This document shows, piece after piece, positions 61,785-64,000 of a stretch of 64,000 nucleotides of DNA. Under the pieces are notes generated by a model. That model made no database searches and was not told the DNA's origin. It worked only from the letters and a program-made list of their open reading frames with translations. The translations under genes and the position numbers were made by a program. This DNA is from Lingula anatina (Eukaryota > Animalia > Brachiopoda). Position 1 is the stretch's first letter, and each line of letters begins with the position of its first letter. The stretch covers positions 41,918,401 to 41,982,400 of the forward strand of contig CM120641.1 in NCBI GenBank assembly GCA_051362555.1. Reading direction: 5' to 3'.

Positions 61785-63374
61785 CTGAAAAAAAAAATTG
61801 AGGTATCTATTAATGATATGATACACAGAAGATTTAATAATATTAATAAACTTTCAATTCAGGAATGTCAGGAATTAATCCATAATGGCAAAATTTGACA
61901 AATTCAATTGTGTAATGATAGGGACAAAAAACACAGTATAGTGGGCATTGTTTGTACAATTATGTGAATATACAAGAAAGAAAGAATAAATAATTTATCT
62001 ATTGTCATGTATCTGAGCAGGTGCTTCTGAATCACCTTAAAGGCTTAACAGTACAAGACCATACACAGTAACACAATTGTAACATTGTGATAAAAAAGCT
62101 GATTATATCATACAGAGTATGCCTTTAATAAATGGAGCCAGAAACACAAGTCATGCGTATGTCTCCATAGGGTGTTAATTTGATATATTAATTGCTTTAT
62201 GATATGGAGAGCCCTGATAAATATACTTTCAACTACCAACATCTATAGTTTACCTTGAAACTTGTATTGCAATCAAGAATGAAGTATTGGCACATCTAAT
62301 TGCTTTTTATTTAATTTATTGAAATTGATCATGTCCTAAGAGTAAATGTTGGAGACAGACATCAGCTTTAATACACTAGTTTAACTCCCACTAATTGAAT
62401 ATCAGAATATCATGGGCCTAAATTTTCACATTTTTTAAAAAAATTTTGTACAAATCCTGGAAACAATGACTCCCAGAGCAGATGAAATTGATTAAAAAAA
62501 TTTTAATGGAATGGTGGTGATCTATAGCAATGGACATTTCTTGATACATTTGATTATTTTTTCATGCAAGCTGAAAATGTAAAACTGAAGATAAAATTAT
62601 GCCATAACAAAAAAAAAAAAAGTCTAAAAAATATTACTAATACCCATATGAATATATCACATCCACCTAAATTCCATCTGGAATTTTTCCCAAACTACAA
62701 AACACCATATAAGTATCAAGTAGACAATCTCTGGTGGAACTGTCATGTAATCCAGTACCTAACTACACTTAACACACATCACTGCCTTCAAAATTCACTT
62801 CAAAGTCTACGCAATGACATATTGTCATGGCAACTACAAGATTACCGATAGGTTTTCTCCTAGGTACGTATGAAAGTGTCTGATGCAATTCCTGTGAGGC
62901 TTTTCAAGAATCTTCCCTCATCCATTCCCATCATTACTGCATTGACAGAGAACGAGACACTGTTATGCAATAAAAAGATCTGTAGACATCAGTATTCCAT
63001 TATTTCTACCATAAAGGAATAGTTCTAAACAATACCTTGTCATCATACCATATACCAAATTACCTCGGGGCAGTTTAATGAGACCAACTACACAGATAAT
63101 CATGTAGTTGATTTACTACATCGTGAAAAACTCATCTTCTTTATGTAAAATCCAAATTCCTATGTTCTGTCATTTCTACCACAAAGGGAATAGTACTACA
63201 TTTTCATTGCGCCATAGGTCACAGACCCAAATAATTGAATAAATTCTTTTGTTTGATAATGATGACCCAAAGTCTGTGTGTTTATACACTCTGCAACACT
63301 AACTGCAGGAGTAAATACAACGCACACATGCATGCATGTGTGCTTTCGCATGCATGCATGCGTGTGCACAAGCA

Positions 63375-63600
63375 TACACCACTACATAATTTGCCACATA
63401 GTTACACCTTGAACAAGTCTTGTGGAATAGATTTCTATTTTGGTACACGCACACATACAACTACATAACCCGTCACGTAGTATTACCTGAACAAATCTTG
63501 TGGAATGGATTTCTATTTTGGTACACGCACACATACAACTACATAACCCGTCACGTAGTAATACCTGAACAAGTCTTGTGGAATGGATTTCTATTTTGGT
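63375..63600. repeat. 78-bp tandem repeat, ~3 copies (ANKIB1 intron)
   Basis: GAACAA(G/A)TCTTGTGGAAT at 63411, 63489 and 63567. Confidence 0.9.
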
Positions 63601-64000
63601 GCTGGCTGATATTTTATCTAACATCAGCCACAACTCAAATCCTAGCTTAACTCAAACAAATTACATATTAAATGAATGTCACCCAGCTGTCTCCTTATTG
63701 CATAGTGTGGCCAATAACATGAAGACACTAATAATGCACCATCCCAGCTCCAACTACTTAAAGATACTCTATACATTGTAAGTTTCCCAGAAAATCTAAT
63801 TTTCCTTTTCATGAGAAAGAAAAAGCAATTTCCTCCAACTTACAAATTAGAGCTCAACCTGCCCTGCATTTGGGTTTGGATGTTCTGCAAAATTTATATG
63901 TTTAATAATTTATTTAAAAATACCTTTGTTTTAAATGAAGCAGGATTACATAGGATTCGTATAGACCACAATGTCTTTTTGACATTTAAGAAGGAAATCA

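Overview
AT-rich, intron-containing animal (invertebrate) genomic DNA. The exact taxon cannot be read from the sequence. I assembled seven spliced genes by hand from splice sites and reading-frame phase. (1) Three 10-exon paralogues (A 10565-1754 minus, B 24265-15898 minus, C 36935-41563 plus) encode secreted proteins of about 540-550 aa: signal peptide, chitin-binding type-2 (CBM14)-like domain, GDPH-VWD, RRRKR furin-type site, C8, TIL and TILa. This is a single FCGBP/zonadhesin-type D assembly with a chitin-binding head. (2) Three 4-exon paralogues (D 30013-28041, E 33915-32806, F 45097-43779, all minus) encode type-I membrane proteins of about 150 aa with two tandem Shisa-like Cys modules, a poly-Cys juxtamembrane tail and a terminal YxxPhi motif. 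They are interleaved with the first family. A dead plus-strand copy of the E promoter and exon 1 lies near 27.1-27.4 kb. (3) The 3' part of an ANKIB1-type RBR E3 ligase gene (minus, from 61784 down to 49118; 5' exons lie beyond the window). Mobile DNA includes a young non-autonomous LTR element with identical 430-bp LTRs and one orphan acidic ORF, a 5'-truncated Rex1/Babar-like LINE with an open frame inside a (TA)n tract, two RTE 3' fragments, a decayed Tc1 element and several MITEs. I saw no tRNA, rRNA or CRISPR. Exon coordinates and domain names come from manual reading and motif recognition, not from database searches.
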